Positions 30,295 to 40,500 are shown, counted from the first letter of the stretch. The stretch is 64,000 bases of DNA from an uncultured Chthonomonadaceae bacterium (GCA_963835065.1 CAWIEK010000016.1:1-64000), one strand, 5' to 3'. Program-made: numbers and translations. Notes: generated by a model not told the origin, from the letters alone.

Positions 30295-30390
30295 TAGGCA
30301 TCAGGCATCAGGCATTAGAGACAAGGCGTTGAGTGGCAAGTACGTCACGAAGCGTGATTTACTAATGCCTAATGCCTGATGCCTAATGCC
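30291..30390. repeat. Heptamer inverted repeat (ggcatta/ggcatca vs taatgcc/tgatgcc)
   Basis: Four units per arm, complementary. Confidence 0.85.
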
Positions 30391-30393
30391 TTT

Positions 30394-31416
30394 TTAAGCG
30401 TGTAAAAAACTCCTCAAGTCCGCCGCGCTGACGCCGGGTTCGCCGGGGGCGACGTTGTTGAGCTTACCGGCGCGCATCCAGCGTTCCAGTTCGTCCACTA
30501 GGGCAAAAAGATGCTGAAAATCGCGCACAATGAACAGCAAGGGCTGGTAATGGTCAATTTCAAAGGACTGGTTGATTACCCATTCCAGTTGAAGCGGATA
30601 GCGCTGCACGTCCGGCGATTCAATGCTGTACTCAATCTCGCCATGCGAACTCAGCAGCCCACTCCCATAAACTTTTAATTCGCGCAGCTTATGCGTTTCC
30701 CCTTCCTGGCTTTCTCCTTTTTCCTTTTTCCCTTTTTCCTTTCCCTCCTCACTCCTATGTATTATCTCAACTCTTCTATCTTCATCCTGTTCCCTGTTTC
30801 CTGTTCCCTGTTCCCTCTCCTCCCCCTGCATTAAGCCGAACTCAATGGTGAACCAGAAGAAGCGCGCCATCGCCTTGATAATGCTGGTCAGGCGGCGGAC
30901 TTTTTCGGCTTCGTCCGCAATGTCACTGACGATTTCGACGGCGGTATGGGCGCAGTCTCCGAAGCGAACGAGAGCGTCGGCAAACGCGGGGTCGGTGTGC
31001 ATGGGAACGTGGCCGGCAATGTCGTGGAAAATGTCAGGTTCGGGCAGGTAGTCCAGATGGCCGGGGTCGCGTATCGTAATTGTGGTGGGAAATTCGCGGT
31101 TACGCAGGCAACTGAAGAACTGAAAGGCGGGAATGTAGCCGCTGACAGCTTTGGCGCGAAAGCCGGTCAGCGGACACAGAAAGCGGTTCACGTCTTCCAG
31201 ATCGGGAACATGACCGGGGTTCAGGCAGAGGTTGGCAATACCTTTCAGGAAATAGGGATTGGCATACCGCTGCCAGGGTTCGATCATGCGGGCGTACAAT
31301 TTGCGCCACGCCTCATGGTTGGCGGCATCATACTGTTCGTAAGGCTGCCGAATGTAGAGTTGTCCATTCCGCCGCGCGCTTTCGATGAACGGCGCGGCAT
31401 TGGTTGTTAGCGTCAT
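30394..31416 (-). CDS. phhA: Phenylalanine 4-monooxygenase with an in-frame low-complexity insertion
   Basis: DYLPEPDIFHDIAGHVPM, FWFTIEFGL, YGSGLLSSHGE, YQPLLF. Confidence 0.9.
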   Translation of the reverse strand: MTLTTNAAPFIESARRNGQLYIRQPYEQYDAANHEAWRKLYARMIEPWQRYANPYFLKGIANLCLNPGHVPDLEDVNRFLCPLTGFRAKAVSGYIPAFQFFSCLRNREFPTTITIRDPGHLDYLPEPDIFHDIAGHVPMHTDPAFADALVRFGDCAHTAVEIVSDIADEAEKVRRLTSIIKAMARFFWFTIEFGLMQGEEREQGTGNREQDEDRRVEIIHRSEEGKEKGKKEKGESQEGETHKLRELKVYGSGLLSSHGEIEYSIESPDVQRYPLQLEWVINQSFEIDHYQPLLFIVRDFQHLFALVDELERWMRAGKLNNVAPGEPGVSAADLRSFLHA

Positions 31417-31417
31417 A

Positions 31418-32047
31418 TCACGATACCCAGCCCCCCAGGATCTCCTGACGTGTCCATTTACCCTGCTTCTTCACCAGCACAGCCCATGCTCCTTCCGCGT
31501 TCAGCCCGTCGGAATGTCGGGCAACATACACCAGCGCCGTTTGGTGGTTCGCCGAAAAGCCGGGCAGGGAAACTTCCAGAAAACCATCCGTGTGCGGATA
31601 TTTCTTGTAGAAGTCTTCCCACCAGTGGTGTTCAAATATCTTGTCTATGTCGCTCCCCGCGACGACCTTCAAGGGTTTGCCAATGTCGAGAGCAGGAACC
31701 GTGTGCGAGGCAGCATTGCGTCGTTTGAAATCCTGAATAGCTTCCCGAACGGCGTCTGCGTTCAATCCGCGTCGGCTCACGTCAAGCGAGGATATGTCAC
31801 TGAGCTGTTTCAGCGGCAGCGTTTCGCGCCGAAGTACAAACGCATGCTGCCATCCGTAGAACTGCTTCCTCAGAATGGAACTCAGAATAGCCGCGTCTTC
31901 ATCGGGCACAGCAACAGCAGACCGCTGTGCAGGAAGAGTGGCGGAAACGGATAGCGGGCGAACATCGGCGCGGGGCTGTCGCGCAAGGCACAAACCGGCC
32001 GCCAGAACGGGGAATAACCAGACGCCGCGTGAAGACATTTTCATCAT
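31418..32047 (-). CDS. Secreted hypothetical protein, paralog A
   Basis: Signal peptide; WEDFYKKYP..DGFLEVSLPGFS. Confidence 0.75.
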   Translation of the reverse strand: MMKMSSRGVWLFPVLAAGLCLARQPRADVRPLSVSATLPAQRSAVAVPDEDAAILSSILRKQFYGWQHAFVLRRETLPLKQLSDISSLDVSRRGLNADAVREAIQDFKRRNAASHTVPALDIGKPLKVVAGSDIDKIFEHHWWEDFYKKYPHTDGFLEVSLPGFSANHQTALVYVARHSDGLNAEGAWAVLVKKQGKWTRQEILGGWVS

Positions 32048-32243
32048 CAGGCTCCTTGTGTGCTGCCACACGGTTCCGATGCTGCCATCCAGGATAAAAC
32101 AAAACTGGAACTGTATTCAGGCAAATTGTACCAGATGTACTTTTGTGATGCAAGCGACATCCCGAACCGCTATTTATGTACGTGCCAGAACTCCTGCATG
32201 GATTGCAGGTTTTACCGGCATCACCCTTCGGCTAAGGACTGCA

Positions 32244-32861
32244 TTACGCCATGGAGCCGGCTACGATTTCCCTCAGTGTCCACTGCCCCTGCTTCTTTTC
32301 CAGCAGGATCAAGTCGCTTTCTCCACTCAAACCACCAGAACTGCGAGAAATGTACACCAGCGCCGTTTGGTGGTCTGCTGAATAACCGGGCAGGGAAACT
32401 TCCAGAAAACCATCCGTGTGCGGATATTTCTTGTAGAAGTCTTTCCACCAGTGGTGTTCAAATATCTTGTCTATGTCGCTGCCGGGCACAGGGGTAAGCG
32501 GAACCCCCATGCTAAGGGCAGGGACTTTGTGCGGCGAAGCGTTGCGGCGGGCAAAGTCCTCGAAAGCTTCTTGCATTGCCTTTGCGGGATGCCTGCGTTT
32601 GTGTCTATCAAAGGAGAAAGCGGCGCGAAGATGTTTCAGCGGTATCGTGTCGCGCTTGATGACAAAGCCCTGATGCCACTCGGTATACTGCTTTGCGAGA
32701 ATAAAACTCAATACTCCGCTGTCCTCAGAGGAAACAGGAACAGCGGAAGATTGCGCCGGCCCGGTAGTGATAGCCACAGCAGGGCGGTCAGCGGGTTGGG
32801 TTTGCCAACAGGGAAGACAGGCGCAGACGGCGAGAAATAGATCGGCTTTAAACATCTTCAT
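32244..32861 (-). CDS. Secreted hypothetical protein, paralog B
   Basis: Homologous to 31418-32047; ATGA overlap with the upstream ORF. Confidence 0.75.
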   Translation of the reverse strand: MKMFKADLFLAVCACLPCWQTQPADRPAVAITTGPAQSSAVPVSSEDSGVLSFILAKQYTEWHQGFVIKRDTIPLKHLRAAFSFDRHKRRHPAKAMQEAFEDFARRNASPHKVPALSMGVPLTPVPGSDIDKIFEHHWWKDFYKKYPHTDGFLEVSLPGYSADHQTALVYISRSSGGLSGESDLILLEKKQGQWTLREIVAGSMA

Positions 32862-33238
32862 AGCTTTATCGGCGGTAAAGACAGCAACGCAGAAACATAA
32901 CCGAACCACAGCACTGCATAGAACAACGAAACTTCCACGGACGCAGGCGTAGTACACAACAGGCTCCATACGATTGAAAATAACAGCCGCTTCCCCCACG
33001 CCAACGACCCTCTTTGTTCTCGCCAACGTTTCACAAATAACAGAGGAGGAAGGAGAAACCATAGCAGCGAACCGACAGTTATCCACCAAGTCCATCCGCC
33101 GCAACTATGAAAGAATTCTTGTCCTATAGATACATAACGCGGAAGGCAAGAAGGAGCAGGCATGATCCCGACTACAAGAACAACAATCAGGTACATCAAG
33201 ATTTTTGTCGGTATGGATGATTTACCGTGAAATTGCAC
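32858..33238 (-). CDS. Small membrane protein
   Basis: Hydrophobic; overlaps the stop of the ankyrin gene and the start of paralog B. Confidence 0.6.
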   Translation of the reverse strand: MQFHGKSSIPTKILMYLIVVLVVGIMPAPSCLPRYVSIGQEFFHSCGGWTWWITVGSLLWFLLPPLLFVKRWREQRGSLAWGKRLLFSIVWSLLCTTPASVEVSLFYAVLWFGYVSALLSLPPIKL

Positions 33239-33699
33239 TACTCTTTGGCTCCCGCCTGTTGAAGAAGGTGAACAATATCGGCCTCGTCGGAATTCTGCGC
33301 CTGCTGCAATGGCGTGAGTTGGGACTGATTCCGAACTTTTACCTTCGCGCCCTGCTCAAGAAGCGCAGCCATAATTGGCGCGTAGCCCCGGTGTTTCTGG
33401 ATCGTGATGCAGCGGCCATTTGCGGACATGGCATTGGTGGTAGCTGTGACGGGCGACTCAGCGGCCAAACTTATCACGTACTGCCCGCTTGCATCCTTCG
33501 CGTTTACGTTTGCGCCTTTGCGCAGTGCCGCCTGTACTTCCTCAACATCGCCCCGACGAACGGCTGCCACAAGTTCGGCATCGCGCTGCGCCTGTGACTC
33601 CATCAGTCGCCAAGGCAAGCCACTCCGTACAGCCAACAGCGCGAACAGCAGACCACAAACGGGCAGGGCAAAACGGGAGTAAAGGAGGGATGTTGTCAT
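33238..33699 (-). CDS. Ankyrin-repeat protein
   Basis: LRKGANVNAKD, TPLQQA, LLQQAGAKE. Confidence 0.85.
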   Translation of the reverse strand: MTTSLLYSRFALPVCGLLFALLAVRSGLPWRLMESQAQRDAELVAAVRRGDVEEVQAALRKGANVNAKDASGQYVISLAAESPVTATTNAMSANGRCITIQKHRGYAPIMAALLEQGAKVKVRNQSQLTPLQQAQNSDEADIVHLLQQAGAKE

Positions 33700-34298
33700 G
33701 GCTGCTTCTCCTCAGAAACGAGAAGCGGCTGCCAGCGAATCTCACTCACTCTGTATGAATTGCGCAGCTTCGCGTGACCGTCCATTAAGCCGTAAGTATT
33801 GCCGCCACTATGCCGCGCTGTGGGAGGCAGGTTCGCCTTTCCACCGGTGACATTCCAAATGCTTGCGTCACTCTCGAAAAGATAAATAGTCGCTGCGGGT
33901 TCGTCCATAGCCGTCATTGTCTGCCCGCCGATGGCTTGATTGGAAGCGTAACTGAATGGTGACGCGCTGTCCCGGCAATGCCATACATTAGAACCGTCCG
34001 GTTTCACTACATATCTGTCGGACAATGCGGCCCACTGTGAGGAAGTAGGAAACGTCTCGTCCCAATCTGCGCAGTATTGCAGAGCGCCAAGTCCTATCTG
34101 CTTGACATTGCTGAGACAGATGGATTGATGAGCTTTTTCCCGCGCCGATGCGAAACAGTGAATTAGACCGCCCACAAAGAACCAGACGAAAGGCAATGCC
34201 AACAACGCGCAGCCCATCCTTCGGATTGGACGGGAAACACGCAAACCTCGCAGCGACATAACCGCCTCCGTTCTCAACAAAACACGCGCAAACCTCAT
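33696..34298 (-). CDS. DUF1559-like / H-X9-DG prepilin-associated protein
   Basis: AREKAHQSICLSNVKQIGLG..QY..DWDETFP; RHSGGNTYGLMDGHAK. Confidence 0.85.
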   Translation of the reverse strand: MRFARVLLRTEAVMSLRGLRVSRPIRRMGCALLALPFVWFFVGGLIHCFASAREKAHQSICLSNVKQIGLGALQYCADWDETFPTSSQWAALSDRYVVKPDGSNVWHCRDSASPFSYASNQAIGGQTMTAMDEPAATIYLFESDASIWNVTGGKANLPPTARHSGGNTYGLMDGHAKLRNSYRVSEIRWQPLLVSEEKQP

Positions 34299-34356
34299 TT
34301 CCTCATTCGCCGCATCCTGTAAAGTTCCTGCTTGCCTTTATAGAGGAAAGGTGAAG

Positions 34357-34462
34357 GAATAGACAGGATTAACAGGATTTTCAGGATTAGACAGGATTAT
34401 GAAGAAAACTTCAAAAGAAATCCTGTTTAATCCTTCTAATCCGTGTTAATCCTGTCTATTTC
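34357..34462. repeat. Palindromic element of acaggatt units
   Basis: aatagacaggattaacaggatt / aatccgtgttaatcctgtctatt. Confidence 0.8.
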
Positions 34463-34566
34463 TCTTCTTTGGTTCGCTGTACCGGGAAAACGGCTTGAAA
34501 AGCAAACCGGCAAAGCGCAATCAACAGCGCCCTGCCGGTTAATGGAAGGTGTATACGGTATGTGGA

Positions 34567-34791
34567 TTACGCAACCTTTGATTTCAGCTCTTCGTCTTCG
34601 CAATTTTTAACCTTCTGGTCACGATACCATTGCGCCACTTCCTCGTTCATGTCGGTTTCTTCCACGCCTTCGGGACGGCGGCGCAGCATGGCGTCCAGTT
34701 CTTCCGGTGACAGGGCGCGTAAGTCATTCAGAACCGCAGCAACCACCTTTGGATGATCGGGAGGAAAATTCAGTTTGCCGTTTTTCTTCAT
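34567..34791 (-). CDS. Small protein, paralog of 34967-35191
   Basis: HPKVVAAVLNDLR..EELDAML..MNEEVAQWYR. Confidence 0.75.
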   Translation of the reverse strand: MKKNGKLNFPPDHPKVVAAVLNDLRALSPEELDAMLRRRPEGVEETDMNEEVAQWYRDQKVKNCEDEELKSKVA

Positions 34792-34970
34792 TATCGCACC
34801 TGTTGCCGCACTGAATGAGTGGCGCGTAGCCCCGCTTCTAACAGCGCAGTCAACTCTTCTTCACTTTCGCCACTTTCAGCAAAACCCTGACGTATGGGCG
34901 CAAGCACGGTATCAAAACTTTGAGCCGTGCTGAATGTGTTCTCGTGTTCTAACTCTGATTGTGAAGTCAC
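34791..34970 (-). CDS. 59-aa acidic antitoxin-like protein (below the ORF-track cutoff)
   Basis: GTG overlaps the upstream TGA and TAA overlaps the downstream ATG; MTSQ...SFDTVLAPIRQGFAESGESEEELTALLE. Confidence 0.65.
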   Translation of the reverse strand: MTSQSELEHENTFSTAQSFDTVLAPIRQGFAESGESEEELTALLEAGLRATHSVRQQVR

Positions 34971-35191
34971 GCCGCCTTGTCTTCAACCTTGACGCCTTCC
35001 CCGCATTTTGCCCTTTGCTCCCGATACCACTGCGCCAGTTCCTCATTCATATTCGTCACTTCGACACCTTCTTTGCGGTAGGAGAGCATAGCGTCCAACT
35101 CTTCTATGGGCATCGTGCGCAAATCTTCAAGAACAGCAGCTATAACTTCAGGATCGTGAGGGTCACGTTTACGCGCCTGTTTTCTGCTCAT
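34967..35191 (-). CDS. Small protein, paralog of 34567-34791
   Basis: SD GGAGG; DPEVIAAVLEDLR..EELDAML..MNEELAQWYR. Confidence 0.75.
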   Translation of the reverse strand: MSRKQARKRDPHDPEVIAAVLEDLRTMPIEELDAMLSYRKEGVEVTNMNEELAQWYREQRAKCGEGVKVEDKAA

Positions 35192-35226
35192 TAATCTTCC
35201 CTCCATTTCATCGCCAAGCACATTGA

Positions 35227-35766
35227 TCAATCGAATTGTACCAGATGTAGATGTGATAGACAAGAGGCGTCACGAACGGCGATTTGAGTATGGGCCAGAC
35301 TTAGGATTTTCGAGCCGGGATATACAGGTTCACCCTCCGGGTAAGAACCGCGAACGGTTTGATACTGTATTCCACTGTTTTTCTTTACCCTCTCACAGTA
35401 CGTATTGACTACAGCACAATCCAGCATGTAGCGTCCACTATCTAAATTGCGCGGCAGTCTTCGCCCAGTATAACGCTTTTCCACAACACTGTAAGCGTTG
35501 ATTAACTCTTGAGAGTATTGTGTATCCAGCAGATTTAGGCAGCGACCAAGACGAATGGTGACGCCGACCACGGCCGGTTCCCCACCTTGACGGGCACACA
35601 ATGCCTGTGCCCAATCTAAAGCGCGGTAGGGTGCGTACTCCCAAAAATAGATGCCTTCTCCCAACCAATCATATACGTTCGTCGAAGTCACGAAACGATT
35701 TTCGGAGAGAATTTTCACGGCTACTTCCCGCCTACAGCCATGAAAGCCGACGACATTACGCGGCAT
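35227..35766 (-). CDS. Putative ADP-ribosyltransferase-fold (DUF3990-like) protein
   Basis: VVGFHGC, DWLGEGIYFWE, CLNLLD, HTQIAVR. Confidence 0.65.
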   Translation of the reverse strand: MPRNVVGFHGCRREVAVKILSENRFVTSTNVYDWLGEGIYFWEYAPYRALDWAQALCARQGGEPAVVGVTIRLGRCLNLLDTQYSQELINAYSVVEKRYTGRRLPRNLDSGRYMLDCAVVNTYCERVKKNSGIQYQTVRGSYPEGEPVYPGSKILSLAHTQIAVRDASCLSHLHLVQFD

Positions 35767-35818
35767 GAATGTCGGGCGTTTGGTAAGAAAAGTTTCTGCG
35801 TCCAAGTCAATCCTTGTA

Positions 35819-35883
35819 AGTGAGAGTGAGAGTGGAGAGTGAGAGAAAGACTTGTTTACTCTCACTCTCCACTCTCACTCTCT
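35819..35883. repeat. Short-unit inverted repeat (gagagtg / cactctc)
   Basis: Complementary arms downstream of the DUF1501 gene. Confidence 0.8.
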
Positions 35884-35890
35884 ACTTCCT

Positions 35891-37474
35891 CTACGCAATC
35901 AAATCAGCAATGACGCGGGCGGGTTCTACGCCGCTTAGACGCTGATCGAGTCCCTGATACTTGAAGGTGAAGCGCTCGTGGTCGAAGCCTAACAGACGCA
36001 TGACTGTTGCGTGGAAGTCGTGGATGTGGACGGGATTTTGCACGATGTTGTAGGAAAAGTCGTCGGTTTCGCCGTACACGGTTCCCGGCTTGCTGCCGCC
36101 GCCCGCCATCCACATCGTAAAGCAGCGCGGATGGTGGTCGCGCCCGTAGTTTTCGTGCGACAGGCCACCCTGCGAGTAAATGGTACGCCCGAACTCGCCG
36201 CCCCAAATGACGAGGGTATCTTCCAGCATCCCCCGCGCTTTCAAGTCCTGTATCAAGCCCCAGCACGGCTGATCCACGTCCTTGCACTGGCTTGGCAATC
36301 TGCCCGCGACATTTGAGTGCGTGTCCCAGTTGTTGTGGTAAATCTGCACGAAGCGGACGCCCCGCTCCACCATGCGCCGCGCCATCAAAACGGAATTGGC
36401 GAACGTGCCGGGCTTGCGGGCTTCCTCGCCGTACAATCCATACGTGCTTTCGGGTTCGCTTTTGATGTCGGTCAATTCGGGAACACTGGCCTGCATCCGA
36501 AACGCGAGTTCGTACTGCTGGATGCGGGTATGCGTTTCCTCGTCGCCCACGATTTTGTAGTTCATTTCGTTGAGCGATCTCAGACCGTCGAGGGTATCGC
36601 GGCGTACCTGCGACGTGACGCCAGGCGGATTGTTGATGTACAATATCGGGTCACCGGCGGAGCGGAACGACACGCCCGCGTGTTGTCCCGGCAGATACCC
36701 GGACGACCAAAGACGGGCGGAAATCGCCTGTACCTGATCCTGATTGGAGGGGCGGGCGACAAGCACCACAAACGTCGGCAGGTTGTGGTTCAGAGAACCC
36801 AGGCCATACGAGACCCACGACCCCAGACACGGACGTCCCGTAACCTGATTGCCTGTTTGCATATAGGTAATGGCGGGTTCGTGATTAATGGCATCTGTGT
36901 GCATGCTGCGAATGAAGCACATATCGTCCACCATGCGAGACGTGTACGGCAGCAGTTCCGACACCATCATGCCCGATTTGCCATGCCGTTCAAACTTGTA
37001 GCGCGAGGGGGCAATCGGAAACCGCGCCTGTCCCGAAGTCATGGTCGTCAGGCGCTGGCCGTTGCGGACGGATTCGGGCAGGTCTTTGTCGTAGTACGCC
37101 TGCATGTTGGGCTTGTAGTCGTACAGGTCCATTTGGGGAGGCCCGCCTACCATGTGCAGGTAGATGACGTGCTTGGCTTTACCGGCGAAATGCTGCACGA
37201 CGGGCGGCAGGTCGGTCGGCGAAACCACATCGCCCAGGCCGGAATGGGGGTCAATTTTAGCCGCCTTGACGCGCCCATTGCCCGCCCCGTTCGGGTTCTG
37301 CGCGGCGAGGGCGCTTCCACCAAGTGAGGCCATTGCCGCCATGCCGAGCGCGTTCATGCCCCGGCTGAGGAACTGCCGTCGTGATTCCAGCCTCACCCAT
37401 TCTTCCACGTCGGGATGAATGATCTCTTTGTCGCCTTTGAAGTGACGCCAGTTGTCGTTACTATTTTTGCTCAT
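35891..37474 (-). CDS. DUF1501 family Tat-exported protein
   Basis: SRRQFL, GGPPQMDLYDYKP, ARRMVERGVRFVQ, WGGEFGRT, GRDHHP. Confidence 0.92.
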   Translation of the reverse strand: MSKNSNDNWRHFKGDKEIIHPDVEEWVRLESRRQFLSRGMNALGMAAMASLGGSALAAQNPNGAGNGRVKAAKIDPHSGLGDVVSPTDLPPVVQHFAGKAKHVIYLHMVGGPPQMDLYDYKPNMQAYYDKDLPESVRNGQRLTTMTSGQARFPIAPSRYKFERHGKSGMMVSELLPYTSRMVDDMCFIRSMHTDAINHEPAITYMQTGNQVTGRPCLGSWVSYGLGSLNHNLPTFVVLVARPSNQDQVQAISARLWSSGYLPGQHAGVSFRSAGDPILYINNPPGVTSQVRRDTLDGLRSLNEMNYKIVGDEETHTRIQQYELAFRMQASVPELTDIKSEPESTYGLYGEEARKPGTFANSVLMARRMVERGVRFVQIYHNNWDTHSNVAGRLPSQCKDVDQPCWGLIQDLKARGMLEDTLVIWGGEFGRTIYSQGGLSHENYGRDHHPRCFTMWMAGGGSKPGTVYGETDDFSYNIVQNPVHIHDFHATVMRLLGFDHERFTFKYQGLDQRLSGVEPARVIADLIA

Positions 37475-37535
37475 GGTTTGTTCTCACGGATCGTTCTCGC
37501 AGGTAGTTCTCACAAAGCATTGTCACGAATGATTT

Positions 37536-40500
37536 TTACTGATTGAGAACTTCGTCCAGGTTCATCAGTTGGTTCGCCAGCATTGTCCACGCGGCCAGAG
37601 TTTCGGGCTTGATTGTGGCATCGGGCTTGGACTCGCCCGTTGCGATCAGTTCCTGCGCTTCTTTGGGATGGCCGGCATAGAACGTCAGCAGAGCCGACAG
37701 CGATTTACGGGCAACGGCCAGTTCTTCGGGCCGGAACGGGCGGGAAAGCAATCGTTTCGCCATGTAGTTGATGCGGGCGTCTACGCTTATGGTATTAGCC
37801 GCAAGCGCCTGAATTGCTTCCCGTCGTTGTGGTTTGCAGACTTACTTGCTTGATGGTGGCGCTGCCGGTGGGTTGGACTGCCTTGCGTGAGGGCGTGTTG
37901 CGCTAAGACGCGGGCGGCTTCCACAAACTGCACGTCGTTCAGTGTTACCAGGGCTTGCAGCGGCGTGTCGGTGCGTTCGCGGCGGACGACGCAGGTTTCG
38001 CGGCTTGGGGCGTTGAAAATGTCCAGCGAGGCCGGGGGCGCGGAGCGTTTCCAGAAGGTGTACAGGCTGCGGCGGTACAGGTTTTCGCCCATGTCGCGCT
38101 TGTAATCGCGCGTGTTGCTGCCGATGATGGCAACGGCTTCCCACACGCCTTCGGGCTGATAAGGCTTCACGCTCGGCCCGCCGATTTTGGGAACCAGCAG
38201 CCCGCTTGCGGACAGGGCGTAATCGCGCACCATTTCGGCATCCATGCGGAAGCGCGGCCCGCGCGACAGCAGCAGGTTCTTCGGGTCTTTGCGGTTCTTT
38301 TCCGGTGTCGTCACCGCCGACTGCCGATACGTCGCCGACATCACCATCAGTTTGAAGAATTTCTTTATATCCCAGTTGCAGGCGAGTGATGAGTGATGAG
38401 TGATGAGTGATGAAAGGGGATTGGCTTCATCCTTCATCCTTCCGCCTTCATCCTTGCTTGCGAACGTGACTGCCAGCCAATCGAGCAGTTCCTGATTGGA
38501 GGGGAGTTCGCCGGTGACGCCGTAGTCGCCGGACGTGCGGACGATGCCGGTTCCGAACAATTCCTGCCAGAAGCGGTTGACGGTGACGCGGGCGGTGAGC
38601 GGGTTCGTCGGGGATACGAGCCAGCGGGCAAGGCCGAGCCGGTTTGCGGGCAGGCCGGTGGGGAGCGGACCGAACACGGCGGGCGGCAGGGCCGTGACTT
38701 TTTCCTTGCGCTTGTCGTACTCGCCCCGGGCCAGAATAAACGCGGCGGCTTCCTCGCTGCGCTCGTTCATGATGTGGGCTTCCGTGCCGCGCTTTTTCAG
38801 CATCTGCGACTCGGTTTCCAGCGCGACGAGTTTGGAGTTCAGGCCGCGATAGGCTTCATCCTTGCCCCCCAGCCACCATTGGAACAGTTCGTCCTTTTCG
38901 CCTGCGGCCAGAGTTGCGCCCTTGCCAAGCAGGTACGCGGCGCGAGTTGAAGTGGCAAGGGAATTCGCGTCTTCAGGGGTCAAGGCTTTGGCGTACAGGC
39001 GCACGTCCTGAATGGAAACGCCATCTACGCCGGATGTGGAATGGCGCTGCCCGATCTTGAACGGAACCGTTGTGCGGATGGTATCTTTGAGGGCGTTGGC
39101 TTCATCGGTAGTGACTTTTGCCACGCCGTCAATGTAAATGCGAACGCCGCTTGTATTGCCGTTGCCGTTGTAGGTGATGCAGACGTGATGCCATTGGTTG
39201 GGCGACAGCGGCTCCATGACAACGGTTTTCAGGGCGTTTTCGGGCCACTTGTTGATGATGTGGGTGGCGACGCGGCTGCCTTGCAGCCACATATCCCAGC
39301 CCCGAAAAGCGTGTAAATCGTCCATGCGGGCCATAATCGCGCCGTTGGCATTGCCATCCGGGACTTTCACCCACGCGGCGTAGGAAAAGGCTTGATTGCG
39401 GTCAAAATCGCCCGCGTTCGGGACTTCGATCACGCTGCCGGCTTTGCGCTGGAACGCTTTGGGCGCGACCTGCCCCTCGGCCCACGCGGGATCGGCAAGC
39501 GCGGTCAGTTTCAGCGCCTTGCCGTCGAGCGTGGCCTGAACATCGCGGCCCTGCCCCTCGTTCAAGGGCGCATGAAACAGCAGATTGTCGGCGGGAATGG
39601 CGGAAGCAACGACCTGCGCGTTGGCTTTGCCCATCCATTGCTCAAAATCGGGTTGAGCCTGCTGCTTGCGCTGCTCGATCTGCTGCCGGGCGGCGGTGAT
39701 TTCCCCACCAATCGCGTCGAAACGGGCGCGGTCTTCCTCGCGGGGAACCATGATGACGGGCGGCGTGTTCTGGATGTTGCCGTCCATGACCGGCTGCGTG
39801 GTATTGTTAAAAAAGGCCGAAAACGCATAAAAGTCTTTTTGCGTGAACGGGTCGAACTTGTGGTCGTGGCACACGGCGCAGCCCAATGTGGAGCCTAACC
39901 AGACCTGCGTGGTGGTTTCCGTGCGGTCACGGGCGTACAGGACGCGGTACTCTTCCTCAATCGCGCCGCCCTCGTTGGTGGTGATGTTGCACCGGTTAAA
40001 GCCCGTTGCAATCTTCTGGTCAAGGGTGGGGTTGGGCAATAAATCGCCGGCAAGCTGCTCTATGGTGAACTGATCGAAGGGCAGGTTGCGGTTGAAGGCG
40101 TTGATGACCCAATCGCGATACGACCAGATTTCGCGGTAGTTGTCGAAGTGGATGCCGTTGGTGTCGGCGTAGCGGGCCGCGTCCAGCCAGTAGCGGGCGC
40201 GATGCTCGCCCCAGTGCGGATCGGCAAGGGTTTTGTCCACCAGTTTTTCATAGGCGTTGGGGGATTTGTCGGCGACAAAGGCGTCCACGTCGGCGGGTTC
40301 GGGCGGCAGGCCGGTCAGGTCGAGGCTCAGGCGGCGGGCAAGGGTTCGCCTGTCGGCTTCGGGCGCGGGGGATAGGCCGGCTTTTTCCATGCGGGCAAGC
40401 ACGAAGCGGTCAATGGGGTTACGCGCCCAGGCCGCGTTCTTGACGGGCGGCAGGGCGGGACGAACGGGCGGAATGTACGCCCAATGCTGCTCATACGCCG

